64,000 nucleotides of DNA from Planctomycetota bacterium (lineage in GTDB: Bacteria > Planctomycetota > JAJSAM01 > JAJVHW01), in the NCBI GenBank assembly GCA_024277065.1, contig JAJRVY010000060.1, positions 9,486 to 73,485 on the forward strand. Reading direction: 5' to 3'. A program made the position numbers and the translations under genes. Below, one piece after another: positions 10,160-19,879 of this stretch. Under the pieces are notes generated by a model. The model saw only the letters and a list, made by a program, of their open reading frames with translations, was not told the DNA's origin and did no database searches. Each line of letters starts with the position of its first letter. Positions within the stretch are counted from its first letter, which is position 1.

Positions 10160-11122
10160 GTGGTAGCCGCCCATGTTCCTGTGCTGCTCGTCGATGTCCT
10201 CGAGGTGTTGCGGCCCGGGTCCGGCGGCCGCCTGTTCGATGGGACGCTCGGACTGGGTGGGCACTCCTCCGGTTGGCTTGCGGCGACCGCCGCCGCCGGA
10301 ACGACCGGCATGGTCGTCGGCGTGGACCGCGATCCGCAGGCGTTGCACACCGCCGAGGCGCGCCTCGAGGCCGCGTTCCCGGGGTGCAGCAACGTGTACC
10401 GCGGTTCGTATGAAGAAGCCACGGCGGCGGTGCGCGCGGCCGGTATTCGCGATGTTGATGCGGCCCTCATGGACCTCGGGGCTTCGAGCCTCCAACTCGA
10501 CGATCGTGAGCGCGGATTCAGCTTCCGGGCTTCCGGGCCGCTGGACATGCTGATGGACCCCGCGTCGTCTCCGACCGCGGCTGAGTTCGTGAACGGCTCG
10601 AGCGAGGCCGACCTCGAGGATGTCATCTCGCGGTACGGAGAGGACCCGCACGCACGCCGAATCGCACGCGCGATCGTCGTGGAGCGCCGGCGCGCGCCCT
10701 TTACGGACACACTCCGCCTTGCGGAGTGTGTGGCTCGTGCGTCCGGTGGGCGTCGCGGGCGCCGGCACCCCGCGACGCGCACGTTCCAGGCGTTGCGCAT
10801 CGCCGTGAACGATGAGTTGGGGAGACTGGAGCGTGGGCTGCCGGAGGTCGCGCGGTGTGTGCGCGGGGGCGGACGGATGGCCGTCGTGACGTTCCACCGG
10901 CTCGAGGACGCCATCGTGAAGCGCTTCTTCCGCGACAGCGAACGCGCCGGTTGGTGCCGACGCCTGCCGGACAGAACGCCCGCATCCGACGAGGTGCGGC
11001 GCAACCCACGTAGTCGCTCGGCGAGGCTACGCACGATCGAGACGCTGCCCGCCCTGGACGGCTCGCAGCGGGAACTCGAGACCAGGGTCGCGAGCCCGGT
11101 CGCCAGAGGAGGAACGGCATGA
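10160..11122 (+). CDS. rsmH: 16S rRNA m4C1402 methyltransferase
   Basis: HVPVLL, DGTLGLGGHS, DLGASSLQLD, RGFSF, FQALRIAVNDEL, NPRSRSARLR. Confidence 0.97.
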   Translation: MVAAHVPVLLVDVLEVLRPGSGGRLFDGTLGLGGHSSGWLAATAAAGTTGMVVGVDRDPQALHTAEARLEAAFPGCSNVYRGSYEEATAAVRAAGIRDVDAALMDLGASSLQLDDRERGFSFRASGPLDMLMDPASSPTAAEFVNGSSEADLEDVISRYGEDPHARRIARAIVVERRRAPFTDTLRLAECVARASGGRRGRRHPATRTFQALRIAVNDELGRLERGLPEVARCVRGGGRMAVVTFHRLEDAIVKRFFRDSERAGWCRRLPDRTPASDEVRRNPRSRSARLRTIETLPALDGSQRELETRVASPVARGGTA

Positions 11123-11460
11123 ACCGCGATGCCCGGAGAGCTGTCACGACGTTTGCAGTTCTCGCAGCGATCGCCACGTGCTTCGCCGCCGTGTCGCTGC
11201 ACGCGCGTGAGGTGGGGGCGGGCTATCGTCTCGCCGCGGCACAGCTCGAGTCTCGCCGTCTGGCCCGTGAGCTACGCGCCGCCCAGCAGGCCGTTGCGAC
11301 GGCGCGTTCACCGGCGGTCGTGCGAGCGACGGCGCTCGCCCTGGCGCTCGAAGTCGAGTATCCGCGGCGATCGCCCGAGGTTCGCGGAGGCGACGTGTAC
11401 TTCTACCGCGGCGCCGCGGCTGCCGAGGACTCTGCTGTTGCCAAGGCCGACGCGCGATGA
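11119..11460 (+). CDS. ftsL: FtsL-like cell division protein
   Basis: Lies between rsmH and ftsI; single TM followed by a coiled coil ending in ARSPAVVRATA; ATGA overlaps on both sides. Confidence 0.65.
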   Translation: MNRDARRAVTTFAVLAAIATCFAAVSLHAREVGAGYRLAAAQLESRRLARELRAAQQAVATARSPAVVRATALALALEVEYPRRSPEVRGGDVYFYRGAAAAEDSAVAKADAR

Positions 11461-13190
11461 CGCCGGCGCGCTTCCAACTGCGGGCGATCGTGGGGCTCGG
11501 CATCCTCATCGTCGCGCTCGGCGGTCTTCTCGTGCGGCTCGGACGCATCCAGATCGGGCGCTTTGAGGATCTGAGCGGCCGCGCCGACCGTCAGCACGTG
11601 TCCCGCCGCCGCGCGGTCGCCGCGGATCGCGGTGCGATCACCGATCGGCATGGCCGCGTGCTGGCACGTACGGAGCGTCGCCCGTCCGTCGCCGTCGATC
11701 CGCGGGTCGTGAGGGATCGCGGCGAACTCGAGCGCCTGGCTCCCATCGTGTTCGAGGAACTAGGCGTCGACGTGCGTCCGATCGTTCAGGCCGCGAGCGG
11801 CGCGTCGCAGTTCAAGTGGGTACTTCGCAAGTCGCGGGACCGGGACGCCGTCGAGCGTGTTGTGGCGCGCGCACGCGGCGCCGGTATCGCAGGGCTGATC
11901 GTCCAGCACGAGCCGGTGCGCGCGTACCCCGCGGGGATACTGGCGGCGCACGTCGTCGGGTTCTCCTACGAGTCCCCGGAGCGCGTCGTTCGCGGGGCCG
12001 CGGGCGCTGAACAACTCGAGGACGGACGCCTCACGGGGCGGCCAGGTTGGCGCCGCACCGAGCGCGACGGTGATGGACGGGCCATCGTGACCGCCGCTGC
12101 GGCGGGCGAGCAGCCCGTTGACGGCGAAGACGTTCGGCTGACGATCGACTCCGTCGTACAGGCGTTTGCCGAGGAGGAGGCCGAGCGCGCGTGGACTGAG
12201 TTCTCGCCGCGCTCGGTGTCCATCGGCGTGCTCGACGTGCGCACGGGGGAGCTCCTTGCGGTCGCGAACCGACCGACGTTCGATCCCAATCGCCTCGCGG
12301 CGGATGCGGCCGCGCGACGCAACCCGTTCTTCGAGAACGTGTTCGAGCCAGGATCCACGTTCAAGCCCATTGCAATGGCGATCGGGCTCGACGCGGGTGT
12401 CGTCGATGTCGGCGAGGTGCTCGACACGAGTCCCGGCACCTTGCGCGTCGGGCGCCGGACGATCCGCGAGGACAAGCACAAGGACTACGGCGCGCTGACG
12501 CCTGCCGGCGTGATCGCCAAGTCGTCGAACGTCGGCATGGCCGTGATCGCGCAACGCATCGGGATCGCGCGGATGCACGCGGCCGTGCGGCTTTTCGGGT
12601 TCGGCTCGCCGACGGGCGTCGGGTGGAAGGGTGAATCCGCCGGGCTCGTCACGAGGCTGCGGAACTGGACCGAGTCGTACACCCTCTGCTCCGTGGCATT
12701 CGGTCAGGAGATCGCCGTGACGCCGGCGCAACTGCTCGCCGCCTACGGCGCATTGGCGAACGACGGCGTCCTGCGTCCGTTGCGACTCGTGGCCGATCGG
12801 CCGGCTTTGCAACCCGTGCGTGTTCTCTCGTCCGTCGCCGCGCAGCGCGTCGCTCAGATGATGGCGGCTGTCTTCACCGAGGGCACCGCGAGCCGCATCG
12901 ACACGGGCGGCTACCGCTTTGCGGGGAAGACCGGCACGGCAGAGCAGCGGGACAAACACGGTGCGGCCGAGTTCGTCGGCTCGTTCGGGTGCTTCGGTCC
13001 CGTGGAGGCGCCGCGACTCGCAGTGCTGGTCGTCGTCGATCGTCCGGAGGGCTCCCCCTACGGGAGCCGTGTCGCAGCTCCCGGGGCGGTGCGGTTGTTG
13101 CGCAATTCGCTGCGGTACCTCGGCGTCCCGCCCCACCCCCGTCCCGCGGCCCGCGACGTCGATCAACTCCTGGAGGTGCAGCCACGATGA
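11457..13190 (+). CDS. ftsI: Class B penicillin-binding protein (FtsI-like)
   Basis: RGAITDRHG, EPGSTFK (SxxK), KSSNVG (SxN), GKTGTA (KTG). Confidence 0.93.
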   Translation: MTPARFQLRAIVGLGILIVALGGLLVRLGRIQIGRFEDLSGRADRQHVSRRRAVAADRGAITDRHGRVLARTERRPSVAVDPRVVRDRGELERLAPIVFEELGVDVRPIVQAASGASQFKWVLRKSRDRDAVERVVARARGAGIAGLIVQHEPVRAYPAGILAAHVVGFSYESPERVVRGAAGAEQLEDGRLTGRPGWRRTERDGDGRAIVTAAAAGEQPVDGEDVRLTIDSVVQAFAEEEAERAWTEFSPRSVSIGVLDVRTGELLAVANRPTFDPNRLAADAAARRNPFFENVFEPGSTFKPIAMAIGLDAGVVDVGEVLDTSPGTLRVGRRTIREDKHKDYGALTPAGVIAKSSNVGMAVIAQRIGIARMHAAVRLFGFGSPTGVGWKGESAGLVTRLRNWTESYTLCSVAFGQEIAVTPAQLLAAYGALANDGVLRPLRLVADRPALQPVRVLSSVAAQRVAQMMAAVFTEGTASRIDTGGYRFAGKTGTAEQRDKHGAAEFVGSFGCFGPVEAPRLAVLVVVDRPEGSPYGSRVAAPGAVRLLRNSLRYLGVPPHPRPAARDVDQLLEVQPR

Positions 13191-14716
13191 CCCGACGCCG
13201 TCCGACTCTCGCGGGACTCCTCCACACCGCGCTCCCCGGGGCGTCCTGCCCCTCCGCCCTCGATGACCGTGTGCCTTTGGCGGGAGTCACGGCCGACAGT
13301 CGCCGCGTCGCTCCGGGGATGCTGTTCGTCGCTCTCCACGGCACTCGTGAGGACGGTTCGCATTACGCCGCCGATGCCGTCGCGCTGGGGGCCTGCGCCG
13401 TCGTCGCCGCGGAGGATGCGGTCATGCCGGAGTTGTGCGTGCCGGTGATCCGTGCGGCCGACACGCGCGGCGCACTCGCGCTCCTTGCCGCAGCCTTCCA
13501 CGGCCACCCCTCCGAGGCCCTGACGGTCGTCGGGGTGACCGGGACGAACGGCAAGACCACGACCGCCCACCTCATCGAGGCCGTCCTGGCGGCCGCCGGC
13601 CACGGGCCGTCCGCGGTACTGGGCACGATCGAGTACGCATGGCCGGGCACACGTCGCGCGGCCGGCAACACGACACCCGGCGCCGACGAGCTGCAGGCAC
13701 TGCTCGCCGCGGCACGCGACGCCGGCTGCCGATCGGCGTTCATCGAGGTGTCGAGCCACGCGCTCGACCAGCGGCGCGTCGCCGCCGTCCGGTTCGCCGG
13801 CGCCGTCTTCACGAATCTGTCCGGAGATCACCTGGACTACCACGACTCGATGGAGGCTTACGCCGCGGCGAAGTCACGCCTGTTCAGCGGGCTCGACGCC
13901 GGGGCCGTCGTTGCTGTGAACGGTGAAGATCCCTACGCCCAGACGATGCTGCGCGAGTGCGCCGCGCGCGTCCTGCGCTATGGCCTCGATGCTCCCAGTT
14001 CTCCCGACGTCACCGCCCGCGGGTTGCGGCTCTCGGCCGAGGGCGTCACGTTCACGCTGGTGACACCGGGCGGCGACGCGCAGGTGAGTAGTTCGCTACT
14101 GGGGCGCTACAACGTCCTGAACCTGCTCGCGGCGGCGACGATCGGTTTCGGACTCGGTGCGACGCCGCAGCAGATCGCCGTCGGACTCGGCGCCGTGCGC
14201 GGCGTGCGCGGGCGACTCGAGCCGGTCGAGGCCGGGCAGCCGTTCACGATTCTCGTGGACTACGCGCACACGGATGACGCCGTCTCGCACGTGCTGCGCA
14301 ACCTGCGGTCGGTCGTGCCCGGTCGGTTGATCAGCGTCGTCGGATGCGGAGGCGACCGCGACCGCACCAAGCGTCCGCGCATGGCACGTGCGGCCGCGGA
14401 GTTGTCGGACGCGGTGTGGCTGACGTCGGACAACCCCCGCACCGAGGATCCGGCGACGATCATCGACGACATGCTCGGAGGGGTCTATGGCGCGCGCAAC
14501 GTGCGCGTCGAGACGGATCGGCGCGCCGCAATCGCCGGCGCGATCGCAACGGCACAGGTCGGCGACTGCGTGGCCGTGCTCGGCAAGGGGCACGAGTACT
14601 ACCAGATCGTCGGCGACGAACGACGCCCGTTCGACGACCGCGAGGTCGCGGCACAGGCGGTCAGGGCTCTGCTTCGCGTGGGTGCGACGCAGAAAGCACA
14701 AGATAAGGTGGTTTGA
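13187..14716 (+). CDS. murE: UDP-MurNAc-tripeptide synthetase (meso-DAP type)
   Basis: GVTGTNGKTTT, EVSSHAL, DHLDYH, DYAHT, and the DNPR motif (meso-DAP specificity). Confidence 0.95.
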   Translation: MTRRRPTLAGLLHTALPGASCPSALDDRVPLAGVTADSRRVAPGMLFVALHGTREDGSHYAADAVALGACAVVAAEDAVMPELCVPVIRAADTRGALALLAAAFHGHPSEALTVVGVTGTNGKTTTAHLIEAVLAAAGHGPSAVLGTIEYAWPGTRRAAGNTTPGADELQALLAAARDAGCRSAFIEVSSHALDQRRVAAVRFAGAVFTNLSGDHLDYHDSMEAYAAAKSRLFSGLDAGAVVAVNGEDPYAQTMLRECAARVLRYGLDAPSSPDVTARGLRLSAEGVTFTLVTPGGDAQVSSSLLGRYNVLNLLAAATIGFGLGATPQQIAVGLGAVRGVRGRLEPVEAGQPFTILVDYAHTDDAVSHVLRNLRSVVPGRLISVVGCGGDRDRTKRPRMARAAAELSDAVWLTSDNPRTEDPATIIDDMLGGVYGARNVRVETDRRAAIAGAIATAQVGDCVAVLGKGHEYYQIVGDERRPFDDREVAAQAVRALLRVGATQKAQDKVV

Positions 14717-14777
14717 GAACGACACCTCACCAACAATAGTGGTGCGGGCGTCGGCGTTCGGCCGACGGGAGGATGGC

Positions 14778-16214
14778 ATGACCGATTTCGACGTGACGCG
14801 CGTGGCGCAACTTTGCCAGGGTGCGCTCGAGGGCCGCGGCGGTGACGCCCGCGTGTCTCGTGTGGTGATCGACTCTCGCGAGGCGCGTGCCGGCGACCTG
14901 TTCGTCGCGCTGCCCGGATCGCGCACGCACGGGCATGCCCACGTGGCCGATGCCCTGCGTCGTGGCGCGGTTGCGGCGATCGTCGCGCCCGGCGCGCCGC
15001 CGCTCCCCGACGATCTGCAGGATCGTGCGCTCGTGCGCGTGAAGTTCCCGCGCAAGGCGCTCGCGGACTTGGCGCGCGCGCATCGACGCACCCTGCGCTG
15101 TCCCGTCATCGCCGTCACCGGCAGCAACGGCAAGAGTTCGACGCGAGAACTGATCGCCGCGGCGCTCTCGCCGCTCGGCGAGATCGTCCAGTCGCCGCGG
15201 TCGTTCAACAATGATCTCGGCGTGCCGTTGACGATCCTCGCCGCGGGGCCCGAGACGCAGGCGCTTGTCGTCGAGATGGGCACGAACGGGCGCGGTGAGA
15301 TCCGTAGTCTCTGCGGCATCGCGCGACCTGACATGGGCGTGGTGACGAACGTGTCGGCCGCGCACCTCGAGGGCCTCGGCACCGTCGAGGGTATCGCGCG
15401 TGAGAAGGGGGCGCTCGCGGAGGCGCTGCCGGAGGAGGGGCTGCTGGTCCTCAACGGCGAGGATGAACTCGTCGTCGCGATGGCGGCGCGCACGGCCGCG
15501 CGCGTGGTCACGTACGGACTCAGCGAGGGGCGTGCCACCGTGTGGGGTTGTCGTGTCGGGCGTACCCCTCAGGGCACGGTGGTGTGGGTGTACGGCAAGA
15601 TGCGCATCTTCCTGCCCGTGATCGGCACGCACAACGCGCGCGGTGCCATGGCTGCCGTCTCGATTGCGCTCGCGCTCGGCGTCGCGCCGAAGGAGATCCG
15701 CAGGGGGCTGCGCACCGTGAAGTTGCCGAGCATGCGCCTCGAGTTGAGGTGCCTCGGCGGCGTTCCGGTGTTGCTCGATTGCTACAACGCGAATCCGGCA
15801 TCGCTCGAGTCCGCCGTGACGGAACTGGTCGCACGCGGCGGAGCACGTCGCAAGGTGCTCGTGTTCGGCGACATGCAAGAACTCGGGCCGCGGTCCGACG
15901 CGATGCACCGCGACTGCGGTCGGAGGCTGGCGACGCGGGTGGACGTGCTGTGGTGCATCGGCAGCGAGGCGCGCGCTGCGTACGAGGCGGCCGCGGGCGC
16001 CGGACTGCACCCCGAGCAGGTGTTCTGGTCGCCCGATGTCGAGACGTCTCTGCGGGAGCCTGCCGTGACGCTTGGCGAGACGGACTTCGTGCTGTTCAAG
16101 GCGTCTCGCGGGATGGCCCTCGAGCGCGTGGCCGAGGGACTTCTCGGCAAGGAGCGGCGCTCGCCGCCCGCGGCGTCGCGCCAGGGCAAGGCGACGGGCC
16201 AGCGGGTGAACTGA
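14778..16214 (+). CDS. murF: UDP-MurNAc-tripeptide--D-Ala-D-Ala ligase
   Basis: VTGSNGKSST, SFNNDLGVPLT, DCYNANP, GDMQELG, FKASRG; GGAGG RBS. Confidence 0.95.
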   Translation: MTDFDVTRVAQLCQGALEGRGGDARVSRVVIDSREARAGDLFVALPGSRTHGHAHVADALRRGAVAAIVAPGAPPLPDDLQDRALVRVKFPRKALADLARAHRRTLRCPVIAVTGSNGKSSTRELIAAALSPLGEIVQSPRSFNNDLGVPLTILAAGPETQALVVEMGTNGRGEIRSLCGIARPDMGVVTNVSAAHLEGLGTVEGIAREKGALAEALPEEGLLVLNGEDELVVAMAARTAARVVTYGLSEGRATVWGCRVGRTPQGTVVWVYGKMRIFLPVIGTHNARGAMAAVSIALALGVAPKEIRRGLRTVKLPSMRLELRCLGGVPVLLDCYNANPASLESAVTELVARGGARRKVLVFGDMQELGPRSDAMHRDCGRRLATRVDVLWCIGSEARAAYEAAAGAGLHPEQVFWSPDVETSLREPAVTLGETDFVLFKASRGMALERVAEGLLGKERRSPPAASRQGKATGQRVN

Positions 16215-16233
16215 CCGAGGAGGGGAGTCCTGC

Positions 16234-17355
16234 GTGGTCCACTATCTTCTGGTGCCTCTGTCCAGGTACATCGAGAGCTTCCGGCTCTTCGAGTCGATCC
16301 ATCTGCGGGCGCTCTGCGCGGGGCTCACGGCGTTCCTGATCGGGATCGTCGTCGGGCCCGGGATCATCGAACGCCTGGGCCAGATGCGCTGGCGGGAACG
16401 CATCGCATCGGACAGCCCCAAGCTGGCTGCCCTTCACAAGGGGAAGGCCGACACGCCGACGATGGGTGGAATGATCCTCGTGCTGGCGACCGCGACGGGC
16501 ACGCTGCTGTTCGCGCGGCTCGATCAGCAACTCGTGCTCGCCGCGCTGTGGACGATGACGGCGATGGGCGTGCTCGGTGGCATCGATGACCGCATCAAAC
16601 TGCTCGGTCTGCCGGACGCGAGGAACCCCGGGAAGTTGCGCAAGGGCATGGACGGCTGGCCGAAGATCTGGGGCCAGGTCCTGATCGGCGCCGTCGCGAT
16701 GATCTGGATCTGGTGGACGATGCAGGACGTGCCGGGGTGGGATGCACTGCGCCTGCCGGTCGCCATCGGCGGCGATCTGTCACTGGGAATGCTGATCATC
16801 CCCGTGGGCATCTTCGTTCTCGTCGCCACGAGTAACGCCGTCAACCTGACCGACGGGATGGATGGTCTTGCGGCGGGCTGCGGCGTGATCGTCACGCTCG
16901 TCCTCGCAATCGCCGCCTACCTCGTCGGCCACAGCGGCGTGGCGCCCCATCTGGGACAGGTGTTCATCCCGCAGGGGGGCGAACTCGCCGTGTTCCTGTG
17001 CGCGCTGGCCGGTGGCACGGCGGGGTTCCTCTGGTGGAACTGCCACCCCGCGCGTGTCTTAATGGGCAACACCGGCAGCATGGCGCTCGGCGGTGCGCTG
17101 GCGATCGCCGCCGTCGGCATGCGCCAGGAGGTTCTCCTGGCCGTGGCCGGTGCGGCGTTCGTCTGGGAGACGGTCTCCGTGATCCTGCAGGTCGGCTCCT
17201 ACAAGACGCGGGGTGGCAAGCGCGTGTTCCTGATCGCGCCTTATCACCACCATCTCCAGTTCAAGGGGTGGCCCGAGTCGAGGGTCGTGATGAGTTTTTG
17301 GATCGGCACCGCCGTCTGCGGCGTCGTGGCCCTCGGACTGCAGCGGGTGTTCTGA
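16234..17355 (+). CDS. mraY: Phospho-N-acetylmuramoyl-pentapeptide transferase
   Basis: TPTMGG, IDD, SNAVNLTDGMDGLA, APYHHH; about 10 TM segments. Confidence 0.95.
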   Translation: MVHYLLVPLSRYIESFRLFESIHLRALCAGLTAFLIGIVVGPGIIERLGQMRWRERIASDSPKLAALHKGKADTPTMGGMILVLATATGTLLFARLDQQLVLAALWTMTAMGVLGGIDDRIKLLGLPDARNPGKLRKGMDGWPKIWGQVLIGAVAMIWIWWTMQDVPGWDALRLPVAIGGDLSLGMLIIPVGIFVLVATSNAVNLTDGMDGLAAGCGVIVTLVLAIAAYLVGHSGVAPHLGQVFIPQGGELAVFLCALAGGTAGFLWWNCHPARVLMGNTGSMALGGALAIAAVGMRQEVLLAVAGAAFVWETVSVILQVGSYKTRGGKRVFLIAPYHHHLQFKGWPESRVVMSFWIGTAVCGVVALGLQRVF

Positions 17356-17357
17356 GA

Positions 17358-18629
17358 GTGCGCAAGGACGTCGTCTCAGCCACGCCGAGCGGGATCGCCG
17401 ACGGCTTCTGGTCGCGACCGTACGGGCCGCTCGAGCCCGCGGCGCGAGCGCTCGTCACCGTGGCGGTGGTGCTCATGGTCTGCGGCGTGATCATCGTCTA
17501 CAGCGCGTCCTGGGGCACGGGCATCGTGCATTTCGATGGCGACGGGACGCACTTCCTGCGGCGTCAGGCCGTGTGGGCCGCTCTGGGGCTGTTGGCGATG
17601 TTCGGGGCCATGCGCATCGACCCACGGCGCCTCGAGCGGCTCGGGCGGCCGGCGCTCGTCGTCAGCCTGGTGCTGCTCGCGGCGGTGCTGGTCCCGGGGC
17701 TCGCTCCCGAGATCAAGGGCGCGCGGCGCTGGCTGCGCCTCGGCGGTTTCTCGTTCCAGCCCAGCGAGTTCGCCAAGTTGGCGCTCGTCGTCTGGCTCGC
17801 GTCACACCTGGCGCGCAACGCCCGGTGTCTCGACGACTGGCGGCGCGGGACCCTGCCCGCCGTTCTTCCTCTCGGGCTGGCCTGCTTCCTCGTGCTCATC
17901 GAGCCGGACTTCGGTACCGCTCTCTTTCTCGGGGCGGTGGGCGTCGCGATGACGCTCGTCGGCGGTGTTCCCGTGCAGCGCCTGGGTTTCCTTGCGGCCT
18001 GCACGCTTCCGGTCCTCGGGTGGCAGGTCCACGAGCGCTGGGACGTGATGATGCGCCGCATCGAGGCCGTGGGCGCCGATGACGTGATGGCCGCCGCCTC
18101 GTCGGCCGGGGCCGGCGGCGCCCTCTATCAGGTGCGGCAGTCGCTCGTGGCTCTCGGATCGGGAGGTCTGTTCGGCCGCGGACTGGGGGCGGGCCATCAG
18201 AAGCTGTTCTTCCTGCCCGAGGCGCGCACGGACTTCATCCTGCCGGTCATCGGCGAGGAACTCGGGTTCGTGGGGACGCCGAGCGTCGTCCTCCTGTACG
18301 CCGTGCTGATCGCGTGCGGTCTGCGCATCGCACTGGGCGCTGCGAGGCAGGACCGCTTCGGCTTCCTGCTGACGTTCGGGCTGGTGTTCTGGATCGGGCT
18401 GCAGGCGGCGGGCAACGTCGCCGTCGTCACGGCCAGTGTGCCGACGAAGGGCATCGCGCTGCCCTTCGTCAGCCTCGGCGGATCGTCTCTCGTCGTGCTC
18501 TGCTTTGCCGTCGGACTCGTCTATGCCGTCGCGCGCCACATCGATGCGCTCTGCGCGGTGCCGGCGACTGCGGGCGATGTCGCCGTGGGTTGCGGACCGC
18601 CCGTGGTCCGCGGGGGAGGCGTCGCGTGA
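17358..18629 (+). CDS. ftsW: SEDS peptidoglycan glycosyltransferase FtsW
   Basis: GARRWL, FQPSEFAK, EPDFGTA, LPEARTDFI, GEELG, LPFVSLGGSSL. Confidence 0.93.
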   Translation: MRKDVVSATPSGIADGFWSRPYGPLEPAARALVTVAVVLMVCGVIIVYSASWGTGIVHFDGDGTHFLRRQAVWAALGLLAMFGAMRIDPRRLERLGRPALVVSLVLLAAVLVPGLAPEIKGARRWLRLGGFSFQPSEFAKLALVVWLASHLARNARCLDDWRRGTLPAVLPLGLACFLVLIEPDFGTALFLGAVGVAMTLVGGVPVQRLGFLAACTLPVLGWQVHERWDVMMRRIEAVGADDVMAAASSAGAGGALYQVRQSLVALGSGGLFGRGLGAGHQKLFFLPEARTDFILPVIGEELGFVGTPSVVLLYAVLIACGLRIALGAARQDRFGFLLTFGLVFWIGLQAAGNVAVVTASVPTKGIALPFVSLGGSSLVVLCFAVGLVYAVARHIDALCAVPATAGDVAVGCGPPVVRGGGVA

Positions 18630-19879
18630 TTCGAGCCGTCGAGCCGTCCACGGTGCTCTTTGCGGGGGGCGGAACCGGTGGGCACCTGTTCCCGGGCGTC
18701 GCCGTGGCCGAGGCGCTGGCGCGCCGTCTTCCCGGTTCCCGCTCCCTGCTCGCCATCACCGCGCGCGACGCGGTCTCGGCACACGGCGCGGCGTGCCCCT
18801 TCGAGAAGGTGCGCGTGGACTCGCCGCGGCGTCCCGGAGGGGCGCTGGGCGTGCCGCTGTTCGGTGCGCAGATGGCCCGGGCGATGGCCCGTTCGCTGAT
18901 GCTCGTGCGCGACGCGCACGTGACGACGGTGGTCGGGCTCGGCGGTTACGGCAGCGTGGCGCCGGTACTCGCGGCGCGACTCGTCGGCGTACCCGCCGTG
19001 CTCTTGGAGCAGAACGCCGTCCCAGGCCAGGCCACGCGCCTGCTCTCGCGCTTCGCGGCCGTGACGGCGGCTTCGTTCCCGGGACTCGCCGCGCACGGCG
19101 TGCACAGCCGCGTCGCGCACACCGGGAACCCGCTCCGCTCCCGGGTTCTCGACGTGCGCTGTGCCCACGACGAACTGGGACTCGTGCCCGGCCTCCCCGT
19201 GCTCGCCGTGTTCGGCGGGAGTCTCGGCTCCCGCGGCGTCTCACAGCGCTTCGTCGAAGCGCTGCCGCTGCTCGTCGAGCGCCTCGGCAGCTTCGCGGCG
19301 CCGGTCCTCGATCCCGGCCTGCGTCGCATCGGACGGGCGTTCCAGGTGATCCACGCAGCCGGTACCGAGGCGGCGACGGCCGAACTCGTGCGCGCCTACC
19401 GCGCGGCCGGCGTCCGCGCGTGCGTGCGGCCGTTCTTCGGCGACATGGCGGCCGTCTACGGCACCGCCGACGTCCTGCTCTGTCGCGCCGGGGGGACGAC
19501 CGTCGCCGAGGTCGCCGCCGTGGGGCTGCCGGCCGTCTTCGTGCCCTATCCGCACCATGCCGACGGTCACCAGCGACAGAACGCGGCCACGCTCGTCGAG
19601 CACGGAGCGGCGACCATCATCGAGGAGCACGAGATGACACCGCAGGCCGTGGCGCGCGAGCTCGTCCCGCTCCTGCGGGATCCGTCGCTGCGGCGCCGTC
19701 GCACGCGGGCCGCGCGCCGACTCGGTCGTCCGCGAGCCGCGGATCGTGTCGTCGATCTGCTCGCCGACCTGCGTGGTGACGCGTTCGGTGCGGCGTCGAT
19801 GCGTGGATCGCCCGTCGCGGCGGGCGAGCCCGCGGGCGCGGCCCTGGGGCCCATGTTCGATCAGGTGAGGCACTCATGA
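18626..19879 (+). CDS. murG: Lipid II GlcNAc transferase
   Basis: AGGGTGGHLFPG, GGYGS, EQNAVPG, TGNPLR, GGSLG, CRAGGTTVAE, HQRQNA. Confidence 0.95.
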   Translation: MIRAVEPSTVLFAGGGTGGHLFPGVAVAEALARRLPGSRSLLAITARDAVSAHGAACPFEKVRVDSPRRPGGALGVPLFGAQMARAMARSLMLVRDAHVTTVVGLGGYGSVAPVLAARLVGVPAVLLEQNAVPGQATRLLSRFAAVTAASFPGLAAHGVHSRVAHTGNPLRSRVLDVRCAHDELGLVPGLPVLAVFGGSLGSRGVSQRFVEALPLLVERLGSFAAPVLDPGLRRIGRAFQVIHAAGTEAATAELVRAYRAAGVRACVRPFFGDMAAVYGTADVLLCRAGGTTVAEVAAVGLPAVFVPYPHHADGHQRQNAATLVEHGAATIIEEHEMTPQAVARELVPLLRDPSLRRRRTRAARRLGRPRAADRVVDLLADLRGDAFGAASMRGSPVAAGEPAGAALGPMFDQVRHS

